Source of the DNA: Anaeromyxobacter sp.
Lineage (GTDB): Bacteria > Myxococcota > Myxococcia > Myxococcales > Anaeromyxobacteraceae
Length of the DNA: 64,000 bases
Reading direction: 5' to 3'
Assembly: GCA_049840735.1 (NCBI GenBank)
Contig: JASGJN010000014.1
Location: 96,001 to 160,000, forward strand
Each line of letters opens with the position of its first letter. Position 1 is the first letter of the stretch. Of this stretch, positions 61,156 through 64,000 are shown piece after piece. The notes under the pieces are model-generated. The model searched no databases, was not told the DNA's origin, and saw only the letters and a program-made list of their open reading frames with translations. The translations under genes and the position numbers were made by a program.

Positions 61156-64000
61156 TCACGGCGGCACCACGCAGGAGAGCCCCAGGCTCTCCCGCAGCCG
61201 CGCGTAGTCCTCGGAGACGCAGAAGGTGGCCAGGTCCTTGAGCCGCGTCTCCTCGCGCAGCTTCGAGACCTGGGGCCGCTCGGCGCGCACGCCGCGCCCG
61301 GCGATCTCGAGGTCGCCGGCGAGCAGCGTCGCCACGCGGTTCGAGGTCAGCTCGGCGCCGTCGAGGAACGAGCGCACGTCGCCCGGGTGCTGCACGTCGC
61401 AGTAGGCGCGCGCCAGCAGCTTGAGCGTGTTGCGGCGGACCGGCTCCGGCAGGGTCCGCTCCAGCTCGCGCTTCAGCTTCTCCACCAGGTGCGGATCGGC
61501 CGTCACCACGAAGCGCGAGGTGCCCACGGCGCAGGCGGCCTGGAACACCAGGTCGAGCTGGTCGTGCGGCATGAGGCGCGCCAGGAACAGCTCCGGGCGC
61601 GCGAACGCCATGGCCTTGCCGATGGCGAACCAGAGCTCCTTCTTCGGGCGCTCCTCGAAGAGGTCGTCGCCCGCCAGCAGCCCCGGCGGATCGGTGGGCA
61701 GCAGCTGCAGGCCGGTGGCCTGGGCGCCGCCGCGGCGGAACAGCCGCAGGGCACGGAAGCCCAGCGTCCGCTCCACGTACTTGAACATGTTGGCGAAGAA
61801 GAGCATCGAGCCCTGCACGTCCAGCTCGTCCTTCTTCGGGTTGAGCCCCAGGTCCTTCTCGCGCTGCAGGAACATCGGGCGCGCGTGGAGCGCCAGCAGC
61901 GTCATGATGTCGGCCAGCGGCCCCTTCAGCCGCTCGTGCATGAGCAGGCTCCAGAGCTCGTCGTCCAGCGGACGGCTGGCCTGGTCGCGCGCGAACTTGC
62001 GCAGGCGGCTCACCACCTGCACCTCCTCGCCCGCCGCCTCGCCCATCAGGTTCACCAGCACCTGCGCGGCCGAGTAGGCCTTGTCGTACTCGCGCCGGGA
62101 GGCGTGCAGCTTCACCAGCGCGCCGGCGGCGCGCGGCACCTTCACGCCCAGCTTGAGCAGCTGCCGGTAGGCGCCGACGGCCTCGGCCTCCTCGCCCGGC
62201 TTCTTCGCGGCCAGCTCGGCGTAGAGCTCCACCGCCACCGCGTCCTCCGGGTCGGCGCGGGAGACCACCTGGTAGGCGGTCCGGGCCCCGTCGTCGTCCT
62301 TCAGCACCGCGCGGTAGAGCTCGCCCAGCGTCTTCCAGAGCGCCAGCCGGGCCTGGGCCGCGTCCGGCGTCTTGGGCAGGCGCGCGATCATCCGCACGTA
62401 GGCCTGCTCCAGGTCGCGCCACCGCTTCTGGCGCGTGAGGATCTCCTCGATGGCGGCGAAGGCCTGCACCAGCCGCGGGCTGGCGTCGAGGGCCCGCTCC
62501 AGCTCCAGCAGCGCGGCCGCCTCGTCCTTCACCTCGTCGCGCAGCGTCTCGGCCAGGGAGAGGCGCAGCCGGGCGCAGCGGGCCTGGTCGGCCTGCACCT
62601 CGGGCCGGGTGATGATCTGCGCCAGCACGTCGGCGGCCTTCTGGGCCTGCCGCGTCTCGCGGTAGAGCCCCAGCAGCGCCTCGGTCACCTGCAGCGAGGT
62701 GGGGTCGATGCGCGAGGCGGCCAGGTAGGCGTCGATGGCCTGGTACGGGTCCTGGAGCTTGGCCCGGCAGGCGTCGCCGATGGCCACCAGGTTCTCGAAC
62801 CTGGCCGGGCCCTCGTCCAGCAGCGGCAGGAGCCGCTGCCGCTGCTCGACCGCCTCCTCCCAGCTCCCGGCCGCCTCCAGCAGCCGGACCAGGCTGCGGC
62901 GCGACGGCTCGTGGTTGGCGTCGATCTCCAGCGCCTTGCGGAAGGCGTTCACCGCCCGCTCGGGCTGCGCCAGCTTCTCGGCAATCTCGCCAATCTGCCA
63001 GTGCGTCTCCACCACCTCCAGGTCGGTCAGGCCGTCGTGGTGGTGGATGATGATGGTGGTGAAGATCCGGAGCGCCTCCTCCCACTGCTCCTCGCGGACC
63101 AGCAGGTTGCCCAGCCCCTCCAGCGCCGGCAGGTAGGTGGCGTCCAGCTCGTAGGCGCGGCGGTAGCTCTGCAGCGCCTTGTCCTTCCGGCCCAGCTTCT
63201 CGGAGACGTAGCCCACCCGGTAGGACTGGCGGCACAGCTCCTTGGCGTCGCCGCTGCCGGCCAGCGCCGCCACGATGGCGTCCAGCACGCGCTCGGCGTC
63301 GGGCCAGCGCGCCTGGCCCACGTAGATGTCCGAGAGCGGGCGGGCCGCGGGCAGGTGGCCCGGGGTGCGCTTCAGCGCCTCCTCGTAGTAGCGCGCCGCC
63401 GCCTCCTTGTCGTCGCGCTCCTCCTGGTAGATGCCGGCCGCCTCGGTGTAGCGCTCGGTCTTCTCCTGGACGTCGGTGGCGTAGCGGGCCTCGTCGACCA
63501 GCAGCTCCAGGTAGCGGTCGCGATCCCGGTCGCGCAGCGCGATGGCCTTGAGGGCGCGCAGCGCGCCCAGGTGGCCCGGGTCGAGCTGCAGGGCGCGCCC
63601 GTAGGCCTCCTTGGCGCTGCCGGTGTCCATCAGCATGTCCTCGTGGATGGCGCCCATCCGGACGTGCAGGTCCACCGCGTCCTTGGCGCCGCCGGCCACG
63701 CGCGCCTCGCGGCGCAGCATGTCCAGCGCCAGGTTCCAGTTGCCGCTCCGCTCGTAGAGCTGCCCCAGGGCCGAGACGGCCTGGCGCGAGTCGGGGTCGA
63801 GCTGCAGCGCGTGGTTGAAGATGGCCTCGGCCCGGTCCACGCGGGCCATCTCCTTGTAGAAGACCTCGCCGATGGCCACCTCCAGCGACACCTGCTCGCG
63901 CCGGTCGGTGAGGAGCGAGAGGTGGTGCTGCATCACGGCGATGAGCCGGTCCCACAGCTTCTCGCCGCGGTAGAGCCGCTCCAGGCTGCGCACCGCGGCC
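61156..64000 (-). CDS. Very large TPR protein, GltI(AgmK)-like (5' partial)
   Basis: Tandem TPRs; directly upstream of the gltJ-like gene. Confidence 0.75.
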   Translation of the reverse strand, partial: AAVRSLERLYRGEKLWDRLIAVMQHHLSLLTDRREQVSLEVAIGEVFYKEMARVDRAEAIFNHALQLDPDSRQAVSALGQLYERSGNWNLALDMLRREARVAGGAKDAVDLHVRMGAIHEDMLMDTGSAKEAYGRALQLDPGHLGALRALKAIALRDRDRDRYLELLVDEARYATDVQEKTERYTEAAGIYQEERDDKEAAARYYEEALKRTPGHLPAARPLSDIYVGQARWPDAERVLDAIVAALAGSGDAKELCRQSYRVGYVSEKLGRKDKALQSYRRAYELDATYLPALEGLGNLLVREEQWEEALRIFTTIIIHHHDGLTDLEVVETHWQIGEIAEKLAQPERAVNAFRKALEIDANHEPSRRSLVRLLEAAGSWEEAVEQRQRLLPLLDEGPARFENLVAIGDACRAKLQDPYQAIDAYLAASRIDPTSLQVTEALLGLYRETRQAQKAADVLAQIITRPEVQADQARCARLRLSLAETLRDEVKDEAAALLELERALDASPRLVQAFAAIEEILTRQKRWRDLEQAYVRMIARLPKTPDAAQARLALWKTLGELYRAVLKDDDGARTAYQVVSRADPEDAVAVELYAELAAKKPGEEAEAVGAYRQLLKLGVKVPRAAGALVKLHASRREYDKAYSAAQVLVNLMGEAAGEEVQVVSRLRKFARDQASRPLDDELWSLLMHERLKGPLADIMTLLALHARPMFLQREKDLGLNPKKDELDVQGSMLFFANMFKYVERTLGFRALRLFRRGGAQATGLQLLPTDPPGLLAGDDLFEERPKKELWFAIGKAMAFARPELFLARLMPHDQLDLVFQAACAVGTSRFVVTADPHLVEKLKRELERTLPEPVRRNTLKLLARAYCDVQHPGDVRSFLDGAELTSNRVATLLAGDLEIAGRGVRAERPQVSKLREETRLKDLATFCVSEDYARLRESLGLSCVVPP

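Overview
High-GC, Anaeromyxobacter/Myxococcota-like DNA (inferred from gltI/gltJ-like, TIGR04552 and ffh genes). Bases 1-38.7 kb are accessory DNA integrated at the 3' end of a tRNA-Pro(CGG) (38695-38768, minus strand); 38.8-64 kb is core chromosome. A 48-bp direct repeat (26239-26286 = 38689-38736) splits the accessory DNA into two tandem elements. (A) A left defence/IS-rich island: HNH plus a truncated OLD/GajA-like ATPase, a four-gene rve+ExeA transposon, ISAs1, IS66, IS3 and IS21 remnants, a GIY-YIG nuclease, an intact Menshen-like operon between 1.6-kb diverged repeats, traKLM-like genes, xis, and an integrase whose reading frame runs through the att site. (B) A compact 12.4-kb satellite-like element: integrase, AlpA, RepA-like helicase with an iteron origin, a possible TerS, two podovirus-type DNA-ejection proteins and a large terminase, but no recognisable capsid, portal or tail gene. 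Element B is the best candidate for an undescribed system. Other notable items are a catalytically dead IS110-like domain inside the transposon, a REP-like element inserted in-frame in a core gene, and an atypical tRNA-Leu(UAA). Many single-base frameshifts, including one in essential ffh, point to assembly indel errors, so pseudogene calls are tentative. All family calls come from motif recognition by eye; no searches were run.
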